A stretch of DNA of 28,586 nucleotides. Origin: Clostridia bacterium (lineage in GTDB: Bacteria; Bacillota; Clostridia; RGIG6154). How positions within the stretch are numbered: position 1 is the first letter of the stretch; each line of letters begins with the position of its first letter. A model generated the notes under the pieces. The model was given only the letters and a program-made list of their open reading frames with translations, did no database searches and was not told the origin of the DNA. The stretch covers positions 1 through 28,586 of the forward strand of contig JAFWXG010000178.1 in the NCBI GenBank assembly GCA_017523005.1. The letters are read 5' to 3'. Below, piece after piece: positions 8,380 through 17,196 of this stretch. Made by a program: the position numbers and the translations under genes.

Positions 8380-9141
8380 ATGAAGGCGATTGTGACGGGT
8401 GCATCATCCGGAATCGGCAAAGAAATTGCAAAAATTCTAAGCGAAAAAGGTTATTATATTATATTGGTGGCACGCCGAAAAGAGCTTTTGGATGCCCTTA
8501 TTCCAAAGCTTAAAAACGGCGGGGAAGTTTTTGTTGCAGATTTATCTAAAGAAAATGCTTGCAAAGACTTATATGAAGCTTATAAAGATGCCGATATTGA
8601 TGTTTTGGTTAATAATGCGGGATTTGGAGTTCACGGGAAATTCTCAGAAACTGATTTAGAAAGAGATTTATCCATGCTTAAAACTAATGTTTTAGGACTT
8701 CACACCTTAACAAAGCTGTTTTTGCCTGATATGCTTAAAAGAAACAAAGGTTACATTTTAAATGTCGCATCTCTTGCGGCATTTATGTCAGGACCTTTGA
8801 TGTCTGCGTATTATGCGTCAAAGGCTTATGTTTTAAGATTAAGCCGTGGAATTTCAAAAGAAATCAAGGGTAGCGGTGTTAAGATTTCGGTGCTTTGCCC
8901 AGGGCCTGTAGACACCGAATTTAATAAGGTTGCAGGAGTTAAGTTTGCACTAAAACCGCTTTCCGCAAAAAAGGTTGCTCACATTGCCGTTAAACGAATG
9001 TTTAAAGGAAAGTTCTTAACTCTGCCCGGAATAACCGCAAAATTTTCTGCATTGTTTTCAAAAATTTTGCCTGATTGTATCTTAAGCGAATGTTCTTATC
9101 TAATTCAAAAGAAAAAAGTAAAGAAAAATTCAAAATTTTAG
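8380..9141 (+). CDS. Classical short-chain dehydrogenase/reductase (DltE/YqjQ-like)
   Basis: TGASSGIG, VARR, NNAGFG, NVAS, YYASK and CPGPV motifs. Confidence 0.92.
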   Translation: MKAIVTGASSGIGKEIAKILSEKGYYIILVARRKELLDALIPKLKNGGEVFVADLSKENACKDLYEAYKDADIDVLVNNAGFGVHGKFSETDLERDLSMLKTNVLGLHTLTKLFLPDMLKRNKGYILNVASLAAFMSGPLMSAYYASKAYVLRLSRGISKEIKGSGVKISVLCPGPVDTEFNKVAGVKFALKPLSAKKVAHIAVKRMFKGKFLTLPGITAKFSALFSKILPDCILSECSYLIQKKKVKKNSKF

Positions 9142-9170
9142 TTGAAAAACATAAAAAAAAGTGATATACT
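9142..9170 (+). promoter_or_regulatory. sigmaA promoter upstream of the DUF1846 gene
   Basis: TTGAAA-N17-TATACT with a TG extension. Confidence 0.62.
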
Positions 9171-9190
9171 ATATAAGGCAAGCAAAAATC

Positions 9191-9223
9191 GGCAGGGAGA
9201 AAAAATTTCCTGCCTTTTATCTT
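9191..9223 (+). terminator. Terminator-like hairpin (SDR terminator or attenuator in the DUF1846 leader)
   Basis: GGCAGGGAG-AAAAAA-TTTCCTGCC followed by TTTTATCTT. Confidence 0.6.
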
Positions 9224-9251
9224 GAATTTTGAGTAAAGGACGGCGAAAAAA

Positions 9252-10736
9252 GTGAAGGCTATCGGGTTTGATAACGAAAAATACATAAAAATACAGTCTG
9301 AACAAATCAGAAAACGAATATCTGAATTCGGTGGCAAGCTTTACATGGAATTCGGCGGAAAGCTTTTTGACGACCATCATGCAGCAAGAGTCCTGCCTGG
9401 TTTCGCCCCCGACTCCAAACTTAATATGCTGTTAGAACTCAAAGACCGTGCGGAAATCGTAATTTCGGTGAGTGCAATTTCTCTTGCAATGGAGAAAAAG
9501 CGTCGTGACCTCGGAATTACTTACGATTTGGAGGTTTTAAGACTTATTGACCTTTTCAGAAGTGTCGGTCTTTATGTAGGCAGTGTTGTTATTACTCAGT
9601 ATGACGGTCAGAAAGCTGCCGACAAATTAAAATCAAGACTCGAGGCAAGCGGTATTCCTGTGTTTATTCATTATATGATTCCAGGCTATCCGTCTGATGT
9701 TCAGAGAATTGTAAGTGACGAGGGATATGGCAAAAACGATTATATAAAAACCACCAGAGAGCTTATAGTGGTAACTGCACCAGGTCCGGGAAGCGGAAAA
9801 ATGGCAACCTGTCTATCCCAGCTTTACCACGAAAACAAAATGGGAATTGCGTCGGGTTATGCTAAATTTGAAACATTCCCAATCTGGAGTATTCCGCTTA
9901 AGCATCCTGTAAATTTAGCTTATGAATCTGCAACCGCAGATTTAAACGATGTTAACATGATTGACCCTTTCCATTACGAGGCTTATGGCGAGGTTGCAAT
10001 AAATTATAACCGAGATGTGGAAGTTTTCCCTGTATTAAACGAGATTTTTAAGCAGATTTACGGACAATCTCCATATAAATCACCTACCGATATGGGTGTA
10101 AATATGGCGGGCTTTTGCATAAGCGATGACGAGGTTGTTTCAGAGGCTTCCCGTCAGGAAATTATAAGAAGATATTATGGTGCGGTTTGTGACCGCCTGA
10201 GAAACGGAAACGAAACTCAGGAGGTTGAAAAAATCAGCATGATTATGAATCAGGCAGGAATTCAGCTTACCGACAGAAATGTTGTAAAATCTGCCATAGA
10301 AACAGAACAAAAGACAGAAAGTCCTGCTATGGCAATTTCATTGCATGACGGAACTATGATTACAGGCAAAACAAAAAAATTACTCGGTTGTTCAGCTGCA
10401 GCAGTGCTTAATGCACTAAAATATTTAGCAGGAATTGACGATAAAGAAGAATTGTTGCCACCTGCTTTAATTGAACCTGTTCAAGACCTTAAAGTAACAT
10501 TTTTAGGTTGTAAAAACCCCAGACTTCATGTAGAAGAAGTGCTGATTGCTTTATCTGTAAGTGCGGCTAACAATCAGGACGCAGCAAAAGCACTTTCAAT
10601 GCTCCCCAAACTTGCGGGGTGCGAGGCTCATTCTACTGTAATTTTATCTTCAGTGGACGCAGATATTTTCAGAAAGTTAAATGTGAACCTTACCTGTGAG
10701 CCACAATTCCAGAGTAAAAATTTATATCATATATAA
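9252..10736 (+). CDS. DUF1846 / UPF0371 family protein
   Basis: KLYMEFGGKLFDDHHAARVLPGF, VTAPGPGSGKMATCLSQLYH, AKFETFPIW and SPTDMGVNM motifs. GTG start. Confidence 0.9.
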   Translation: MKAIGFDNEKYIKIQSEQIRKRISEFGGKLYMEFGGKLFDDHHAARVLPGFAPDSKLNMLLELKDRAEIVISVSAISLAMEKKRRDLGITYDLEVLRLIDLFRSVGLYVGSVVITQYDGQKAADKLKSRLEASGIPVFIHYMIPGYPSDVQRIVSDEGYGKNDYIKTTRELIVVTAPGPGSGKMATCLSQLYHENKMGIASGYAKFETFPIWSIPLKHPVNLAYESATADLNDVNMIDPFHYEAYGEVAINYNRDVEVFPVLNEIFKQIYGQSPYKSPTDMGVNMAGFCISDDEVVSEASRQEIIRRYYGAVCDRLRNGNETQEVEKISMIMNQAGIQLTDRNVVKSAIETEQKTESPAMAISLHDGTMITGKTKKLLGCSAAAVLNALKYLAGIDDKEELLPPALIEPVQDLKVTFLGCKNPRLHVEEVLIALSVSAANNQDAAKALSMLPKLAGCEAHSTVILSSVDADIFRKLNVNLTCEPQFQSKNLYHI

Positions 10737-10745
10737 TAAAAATAT

Positions 10746-10773
10746 TACGGGACGATGTTAACATCGTCCCGTA
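10746..10773. terminator. Bidirectional terminator (perfect 28-bp palindrome)
   Basis: TACGGGACGATGTTAACATCGTCCCGTA lies between convergent genes with A/T-rich flanks. Confidence 0.8.
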
Positions 10774-10791
10774 TGTTTTTAAAATTTTATT

Positions 10792-11454
10792 TTATTCTCC
10801 AAACAACTTTTTGTTATTCTCTATAATTTCTGCCTGTCGTTTTGCTTTTTCTTCTTCATAATTTGGATTTTCCAAATGCAATTTTTCAATTATCTGTGGC
10901 AGTTCTTCAATTTCAAAAATTCGTTCCTTATCCTTGCAGTTTTCGTATGTTGTCATTAAATTGTCTTTCGGCACGAATTTGCCCTGATACATACCTGACA
11001 GCACATAATAGTCCTCATCAGTTTTCAAATCGCCATCATCATAAGATAAAAACAGCAAAACCTTTTCGCCGATAGAAAAATCGGGATATCCGTCAGAAGC
11101 GACTTGGTATTTCTCATCTTCGCCCTTGTTAATCCTGACAGCTATGATTTCCGATTTCGGCTCGCCTTTAAAGATTTTGTCAACCTCAACAAAAATGTCT
11201 GTCTGCAAAATGTTGCGTGCCATATCTTTTTCAAATCCCGGATTGCTCCACTTGGATTTGCCGATTTCTTTTACGGTTCCTGTAACAATCAATTCAGAAT
11301 CAAGAACAAGATAATCGTCTGTTACCCCCGCCACAAGACCTGAAACATTATATTGAGTTTTTTCTGGCTCATCTTTTTTTACAGCATTGAATGAACAGGA
11401 TGTGAGTAATAAAATAACGGCAATAACCGAAATAATTTTATTTAATTTCCTCAT
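10792..11454 (-). CDS. Uncharacterised lipoprotein
   Basis: Signal peptide with lipobox LLTSC, RBS GAGGAGG, and upstream TTGACT-N17-TATATT. Confidence 0.8.
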   Translation of the reverse strand: MRKLNKIISVIAVILLLTSCSFNAVKKDEPEKTQYNVSGLVAGVTDDYLVLDSELIVTGTVKEIGKSKWSNPGFEKDMARNILQTDIFVEVDKIFKGEPKSEIIAVRINKGEDEKYQVASDGYPDFSIGEKVLLFLSYDDGDLKTDEDYYVLSGMYQGKFVPKDNLMTTYENCKDKERIFEIEELPQIIEKLHLENPNYEEEKAKRQAEIIENNKKLFGE

Positions 11455-11537
11455 ATAATGTCCTCCTCTTGTGATGCTTTGTAATTAAAATATAACATTT
11501 TATTGCCTATAAGTCAATACTATCCGTCATTATAAGC

Positions 11538-11567
11538 AAATGGAGCGATAATTACATCGCTCCATTT
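11538..11567 (-). terminator. Terminator hairpin after spoVAE
   Basis: AAATGGAGCGA-N8-TCGCTCCATTT. Confidence 0.72.
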
Positions 11568-11569
11568 CC

Positions 11570-11923
11570 TTACTTTTCTTTGGATTTTGAAAGCACTGAT
11601 GCTATTACACCAAACAGGATAGCGGCGGCAATACCGCCTGCAGTTGCAGTAAGTCCGCCTGTGAAAATTCCCAAAAAGCCTTGTTCTGTGACTGCTTTTT
11701 CCACCCCTTTTGCCAGGGAATACCCAAAGCCTGTAAGGGGTACTGTTGCTCCTGCACCGCCGAATTCAACCAGCGGTTCATACACACCTATAACTTGCAA
11801 AAAAACTCCCGCAACCACATACATAACTAAAATTCTTGCAGGGGTAAGCTTGGTTTTGTCAATTAAAATCTGGCCTATTACACAAAGCAGACCGCCAACT
11901 ATAAATGCTCTTAAAAATTCCAT
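11570..11923 (-). CDS. spoVAE: Stage V sporulation protein AE
   Basis: AFIVGGLLCVIGQILIDKTKLTPARILV and GAGATVPLTGFGY motifs. Confidence 0.93.
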   Translation of the reverse strand: MEFLRAFIVGGLLCVIGQILIDKTKLTPARILVMYVVAGVFLQVIGVYEPLVEFGGAGATVPLTGFGYSLAKGVEKAVTEQGFLGIFTGGLTATAGGIAAAILFGVIASVLSKSKEK

Positions 11924-12921
11924 CAGGCATCCGTCCTTTCTATTGCAACCGCATGAGCAATCCCGGGAATATTTTCCCCTTGGAAACAGGTTGTAGGGTT
12001 CATTAACGCACCTGTTGCAGTGAGTAAAATTCTCTTGTATTTCTTGTTTTGCAAAAGCTTATACAACCAACCCGAGAATACCGACGCACAGCATCCGCAT
12101 CCTGAACCGCCTGCATGAGTATCCTGGCGTTTACCGTCAAAAATCTGTTCTCCGCAATCTAAATACCTATCCTTTACATCTATTCCATATCCAAAAAGCT
12201 GTTCTTCAACTATCTGTCTGCCAACCATACCCAAATCCCCTGTTACTACCAAGTCAAAGTAATCGGAAGATAAATTTCTGTCCTTAAAATGGCGAACTAT
12301 TGTGTCTATTGCAGCAGGAGCCATGGCGGCGCCCATATTGTTAACATCTTTAATTCCGTAGTCTACTATTTTCCCTACTGTTGCATGAGTTATACGGATA
12401 TCTCCGCCTGTTGACACGAGTGCCGCTCCTGAACCTGTTACTGTCCATTGAGCTGTAGGTGTGCGCTGACCTCCATACTCAAGCGGAAATCTGAACTGTC
12501 TTTCAGAACTGCAAAAATGACTTGATGTTATAGCAACCGCCTTTTTAGCATGACCACCATTTACTGTAATACTTGCTAAAATCAAACCTTCAACAAATGT
12601 AGAGCACGCACCGTAAAGTCCAAAAAACGGTATATTAAAATCAAGCAAGCCGTAATTTGAGCCTATGCACTGATTAAGCAAATCCCCGCCAAAAACAACA
12701 TCAATGTCACTTGGTTTAAGCTTTGTCTTGTCAAGCAAAGTTTGTAAAGTATTTTTTACCAGTCTGCTTTCCGCTTTCTCCCATGATTTTTCTCCCAAAT
12801 AAGCGTCCTGATAAATATTGTCGAAATACTGCCCTAAATTTCCCTCTCCCTCTTTTTTACCTACTGATGATGCTGTTTCTAAAATACAAGGGTATCTGTC
12901 CTCAAAGGTTAATGTTGACAA
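11923..12921 (-). CDS. spoVAD: Stage V sporulation protein AD
   Basis: VGKKEGEG, GGDLLNQC, GLYGACST, SSHFCSSERQFRFPLEYG, NMGAAMAPAA and HAGGSGCGC motifs. TTG start after AAGGAGG. Confidence 0.95.
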   Translation of the reverse strand: MSTLTFEDRYPCILETASSVGKKEGEGNLGQYFDNIYQDAYLGEKSWEKAESRLVKNTLQTLLDKTKLKPSDIDVVFGGDLLNQCIGSNYGLLDFNIPFFGLYGACSTFVEGLILASITVNGGHAKKAVAITSSHFCSSERQFRFPLEYGGQRTPTAQWTVTGSGAALVSTGGDIRITHATVGKIVDYGIKDVNNMGAAMAPAAIDTIVRHFKDRNLSSDYFDLVVTGDLGMVGRQIVEEQLFGYGIDVKDRYLDCGEQIFDGKRQDTHAGGSGCGCCASVFSGWLYKLLQNKKYKRILLTATGALMNPTTCFQGENIPGIAHAVAIERTDA

Positions 12922-12952
12922 AGAAAAACCTCCTTAAAATTCAAAAAATAAT

Positions 12953-13002
12953 AGCCTTAAAGCATATTCTCCCAAATTATGAGATTTTTATGCCTTAAGG
13001 CT
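12953..13002 (-). terminator. Long hairpin ending the polysaccharide operon
   Basis: On the minus strand AGCCTTAAGGCATA...TATGCTTTAAGGCT forms 14 bp (one G:U) and is followed by ATTATTTTTT. Confidence 0.6.
12965..12993 (-). promoter_or_regulatory. Candidate forespore (sigmaF/sigmaG-type) promoter of spoVAD-spoVAE
   Basis: GCATA-N14-TGGGAGAATA resembles the B. subtilis sigmaF consensus (GYWTA...GGnrAnAnTw). It lies upstream of spoVA genes. Confidence 0.42.
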
Positions 13003-13009
13003 TTATATT

Positions 13010-14179
13010 TTAAAATTTTCTCCACACCATTTTGTCAACCACACCGGTATATGACTGAATGATTTTTACAACCTTTGTGGAAACATTTTCTTCTATGTAG
13101 TCAGGAACGGGAATTCCGTAATCTTTGCTTTCGTTCATCTCAATGGCTGTGTCTACCGACTGGAGCAATCCCTTTTCATCAATACCCGAAAGAATGAAGC
13201 ACGCTTTGTCAAGCGCCTCGGGGCGTTCTGTCGATGTTCTTATGCAAACAGCGGGGAACGGCTTGCCGATACTTGTAAAGAACGAACTTTCTTCGGGAAG
13301 TGTTCCGCTGTCCGACACTACTGCAAAAGCATTCATTTGCAGACAGTTGTAATCATGAAATCCTAATGGTTCGTGCCTTATAACTCTCTTATCAAGCTTA
13401 AATCCGCTTTCTTCAAGGCGTTTTTTGCTTCTCGGGTGGCACGAATAAAGGATTGGCATATCGTATTTTTCAGCCATTTTATTTATTGCCGTAAAAAGGC
13501 TTGTGAAGTTCTTTTCCGTATCAATATTTTCTTCTCTGTGTGCAGAAAGGAGAATGTACTTTCCTTTTTCAAGACCAAGTCGGGAATGAACATCGCTTTG
13601 CTCAATTTCTTTAAGGTTGTTATGAAGCACCTCCGCCATGGGTGAGCCTGTTACATAAGTCCTTTCCTTTGGAAGACCGCAATCCGCAAGATATCGTCTT
13701 GCATGCTCAGAGTATGCCATATTGACATCTGATATAATGTCAACAATTCTTCTGTTTGTTTCTTCGGGCAGACATTCATCTTTGCAACGGTTTCCTGCTT
13801 CCATGTGGAAAATCGGAATGTGAAGTCTTTTTGCACCTATTACCGACAGGCACGAATTAGTATCTCCCAAAACCAAAACCGCATCAGGCTTTAATTCTGC
13901 CATAAGCTGATACGACTTTGCGATAATGTTTCCCATAGTTTCGCCAAGGTCATTTCCTACCGCATTTAAGTAAACATCAGGGGCATCAAGTTTTAAATCC
14001 TTGAAAAACACACCGTTTAGGTTGTAATCGTAATTTTGTCCCGTATGTGCGAGAATGGTATCAAAATATTTTCTGCATTTGGTAATAACTGCAGAAAGAC
14101 GAATAATCTCGGGGCGGGTCCCCACAATAATTAACAATTTAAGCTTGCCATTGTTTCTAAATGTAGCATTAAATTCCAT
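13010..14179 (-). CDS. fnlC: UDP-N-acetylhexosamine 2-epimerase (FnlC/Cap5G/WbjD)
   Basis: VGTRPEIIRL, HTGQNYD, LGDTNS, HMEAGNR, HREEN and DSGT motifs. Start at 14179 after GAGGAGG. Confidence 0.92.
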   Translation of the reverse strand: MEFNATFRNNGKLKLLIIVGTRPEIIRLSAVITKCRKYFDTILAHTGQNYDYNLNGVFFKDLKLDAPDVYLNAVGNDLGETMGNIIAKSYQLMAELKPDAVLVLGDTNSCLSVIGAKRLHIPIFHMEAGNRCKDECLPEETNRRIVDIISDVNMAYSEHARRYLADCGLPKERTYVTGSPMAEVLHNNLKEIEQSDVHSRLGLEKGKYILLSAHREENIDTEKNFTSLFTAINKMAEKYDMPILYSCHPRSKKRLEESGFKLDKRVIRHEPLGFHDYNCLQMNAFAVVSDSGTLPEESSFFTSIGKPFPAVCIRTSTERPEALDKACFILSGIDEKGLLQSVDTAIEMNESKDYGIPVPDYIEENVSTKVVKIIQSYTGVVDKMVWRKF

Positions 14180-14180
14180 T

Positions 14181-15377
14181 TTATACCTCCTCGTAAAATG
14201 TATCGGGCCTATTTTTATCAAACTGCTCGTTTGCCCACATGAGTGTTACAAGATTTTCGGTTTCGGAAAGATTGATTATGTTGTGTGTATAGCCTGGCAA
14301 CATATGCACTGCTTCAATTTTATCTCCTGAAACATAGAAATTCAAAATCTCATCTGTGCCTATTTTCCGTTGCTGAATAAGCCCTTTACCGCTCACTACT
14401 ATGAAAAATTCCCATTTAGAGTGGTGCCAGTGCTGTCCTTTTGTTATGCCCGGCTTTGAAACATTAACCGAAAACTGACCGTTATTCTTAGTCTTTAGAA
14501 TTTCGGTAAAGCTTCCTCTTGTGTCCTCATTCATCTTTAGAGGAAAAGAAACTTTTTCTTTAGGAAGATAAGAAAGATATGTACTGTAAAGCTTCTTTTC
14601 AAAGGAATTTTGAGGGATTTCGGGCATAACCAAGGTTTCTGGTTGAGTCTTAAAACTTTCAAGGATATCAACAATTCTTCCTAAAGTTACTTTGTGCGTA
14701 ACAGGTACTGCGCAATATTTTCCGTCACTCTTAAGGACTGTATTTATGCCGTCAAATTCCGCGTGATGCTCTTTTCCTTCTAATGCGTCAAGCATTTCTG
14801 AAACTAAATCGTCTATATAAAGAAGTTCAAGCTCCACATTTCTGTCGCTTACGGTTATAGGCAAGTCATTTGCTATATTGTTGCAAAAGGTTGCAACTGC
14901 GCTATTGTAATTTGGTCTGCACCATTTGCCGAAAAGATTTGGAAATCGATAAACCAAAACAGTAGCACCTGTTTCTTCAGAATAACTAAACAAAAGTTCT
15001 TCCCCTGCTTTTTTACTTCTTCCGTAGTCGCTGTCATATCTGCCGATACAGGTCGCCTGAATTGAAGACGAAAGCATGACGGGGCAGGTGTTTTTGTGTT
15101 TTTTAAGCAAGTTGAGAAGATTGCCTGCAAAATCGCAATTTCCCTGCATGAATTCTTCGGGGTTTTGCGGACGGTTTACCCCTGCAAGATTAAACACAAA
15201 ATCTGCTTTTTGTGCGTATTCATCAAGCAAATCGGAGTTTGTATCCAAATCGTATTCAAAAATTTTGCTAATATTAAGTTCAGGGCGGGTTTTATCTTTT
15301 CCGTCACGAATATTTTTAAGACTTTCACATAGATTTTTCCCTACAAAGCCTTTCGCCCCTGTAACAAGAATATTCAT
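14181..15377 (-). CDS. fnlB: Bifunctional epimerase/reductase with C-terminal cupin (FnlB/Cap5F/WbjC)
   Basis: TGAKGFVG, LAGVNRP, YGRSK, NLFGKWCRPNYNS, KGQHWHH and PGYTHNI motifs. Confidence 0.92.
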   Translation of the reverse strand: MNILVTGAKGFVGKNLCESLKNIRDGKDKTRPELNISKIFEYDLDTNSDLLDEYAQKADFVFNLAGVNRPQNPEEFMQGNCDFAGNLLNLLKKHKNTCPVMLSSSIQATCIGRYDSDYGRSKKAGEELLFSYSEETGATVLVYRFPNLFGKWCRPNYNSAVATFCNNIANDLPITVSDRNVELELLYIDDLVSEMLDALEGKEHHAEFDGINTVLKSDGKYCAVPVTHKVTLGRIVDILESFKTQPETLVMPEIPQNSFEKKLYSTYLSYLPKEKVSFPLKMNEDTRGSFTEILKTKNNGQFSVNVSKPGITKGQHWHHSKWEFFIVVSGKGLIQQRKIGTDEILNFYVSGDKIEAVHMLPGYTHNIINLSETENLVTLMWANEQFDKNRPDTFYEEV

Positions 15378-16423
15378 TACCTCACACCCTTTGTAAGCTC
15401 GTCCTGAATGTATTTCAGACTTGCGATTTTAACCTTTGTTTCCTCAACACTTAAAAGCTTTGTATTATTCGAATTGAACTCGGTAAGCGTATTTCTCGTT
15501 GTGTCGCCTTTAATGTAATATTTGTCATAATTAAGGTCACGCTTATCGCACGGAACTCTGTAAAAATCGCCCATATCAACAGCGTTTGCACATTCTTCGT
15601 TGGTAAGAAGTGTTTCATACATCTTCTCGCCGTGACGGATACCTATTGTTTTAATATTTTCCTTATCCCCGCCAAACAGCTCGCAAACAGCCTCTGCCTG
15701 GGTTTTAATTGTACAAGCGGGTGCTTTCTGGACTAAAATATCCCCGCTTTTGCCGTGTTCAAACGCAAAAAGCACCAAGTCAACCGCTTCATCCAATGAC
15801 ATTATAAATCTTGTCATGTCTGGGTTTGTTATTGTAATGGGGTTTCCCGATTTAATCTGCTCAATCCAGAGCGGAATAACCGAGCCTCTTGAACACATAA
15901 CATTTCCGTAACGGGTACAGCAAATCTTTGTTTTATCAGGGTTTACAGTACGGCTTTTTGCAACAACCACCTTTTCCATCATAGCCTTTGAAGTTCCCAT
16001 CGCATTTACTGGGTATGCCGCCTTATCGGTAGATAAGCAAACAACATTTTTAACTCCCGCCTCGATAGCAGCTGTAAGAACATTTTCTGTGCCTAAAACA
16101 TTTGTTTTTACCGCTTCAATGGGGAAAAATTCACAAGACGGAACCTGTTTTAATGCTGCTGCGTGGAATATGTAGTCAACACCCTGCATAGCGTTTCTCA
16201 CAGACTGAATGTCACGCACATCGCCTAAATAAAACTTAATTTTATCCGCAACTTCAGGCATTTTTACCTGAAATTCATGACGCATATCATCCTGTTTTTT
16301 TTCGTCACGCGAAAAAATTCTAATCTCCCCTAAGTCTGTAGTAAGAAAACGATTCAATACGGTATTTCCAAATGACCCTGTTCCTCCGGTAATAAGGAGG
16401 GTTTTGTTTGTAAATAATGACAT
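15377..16423 (-). CDS. fnlA: UDP-GlcNAc 4,6-dehydratase/5-epimerase (FnlA/Cap5E/WbjB)
   Basis: TGGTGSFG, SRDEKKQ, AAALKQVPSCEFFP, STDKA, RYGNVMCSRGSVIP and RHGEK motifs. Confidence 0.94.
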   Translation of the reverse strand: MSLFTNKTLLITGGTGSFGNTVLNRFLTTDLGEIRIFSRDEKKQDDMRHEFQVKMPEVADKIKFYLGDVRDIQSVRNAMQGVDYIFHAAALKQVPSCEFFPIEAVKTNVLGTENVLTAAIEAGVKNVVCLSTDKAAYPVNAMGTSKAMMEKVVVAKSRTVNPDKTKICCTRYGNVMCSRGSVIPLWIEQIKSGNPITITNPDMTRFIMSLDEAVDLVLFAFEHGKSGDILVQKAPACTIKTQAEAVCELFGGDKENIKTIGIRHGEKMYETLLTNEECANAVDMGDFYRVPCDKRDLNYDKYYIKGDTTRNTLTEFNSNNTKLLSVEETKVKIASLKYIQDELTKGVR

Positions 16424-16452
16424 AATATTCCCCTTTCAAAAGCTTTTATAGC

Positions 16453-17184
16453 TCAATAAACCTTTTCAATAATACCATAATTTTTCTTCTTGTTGGTATC
16501 ATCTCCCACATGGTACATTCCTTCAACAGTAAAATCATCCCATGGATGCTTTCTCTTTCTGAGAAGAATCTGCAACGCACGAAGAACACTGCCCTGACTA
16601 ATCAAAAGCACCTTTTTACCTGCGTACTGCTCGTTGATAATGTCGAACACATCTACACAGTTTGCGATTACCATTCCCCACGATGTTCCGCTTTGAGTTC
16701 TGGCAAACATATTGTTGTCAAACTCGCGAGCGATAAATGTGGGATTATGCTGAAGTTCCTCAAACGACTTATATTCCCAACCGGTATTGTCAATGCCATG
16801 AAGCTTATGAATCTTGATCGCCTCAAATTTCTGTGGTTTTTCCATTATGATAAGCTGTGTATTTACTACACGAGGAATAGGACCATAAAGTGCGATATCA
16901 AAATTGTATGCGTCAAGTTCTGCAGCCTGTTTTCTGGTGATTTCAATTCCGCTTTCGGTAAATCCACAGTTATCTGATGTATCGCACATGAATTCATGCT
17001 TTACAACAGCTTCCGTCTCTGCGTGGCGTATTAGGTATATAGATTCACATTTTATCTCCGGAATGCTTGTCCCAGGGATATAATCAATTTCCCCTGTCTC
17101 CTGATTTATTGCGATACCGTATCTAAGCAATTTCTCTGTAATATGTACTCTTTCAGACACAGGAATCGTATTTATATCAAACAT
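16453..17184 (-). CDS. Divergent histidine phosphatase (phosphoglycerate-mutase-like) family protein
   Basis: IYLIRHAET, GPIPRVV, GWEY and VLLISQG match the RHG / SPLxRA / GxWEG / SHG layout. It has an N-terminal extension of about 45 aa. Confidence 0.75.
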   Translation of the reverse strand: MFDINTIPVSERVHITEKLLRYGIAINQETGEIDYIPGTSIPEIKCESIYLIRHAETEAVVKHEFMCDTSDNCGFTESGIEITRKQAAELDAYNFDIALYGPIPRVVNTQLIIMEKPQKFEAIKIHKLHGIDNTGWEYKSFEELQHNPTFIAREFDNNMFARTQSGTSWGMVIANCVDVFDIINEQYAGKKVLLISQGSVLRALQILLRKRKHPWDDFTVEGMYHVGDDTNKKKNYGIIEKVY

Positions 17185-17196
17185 ATTGTCTTCTCC

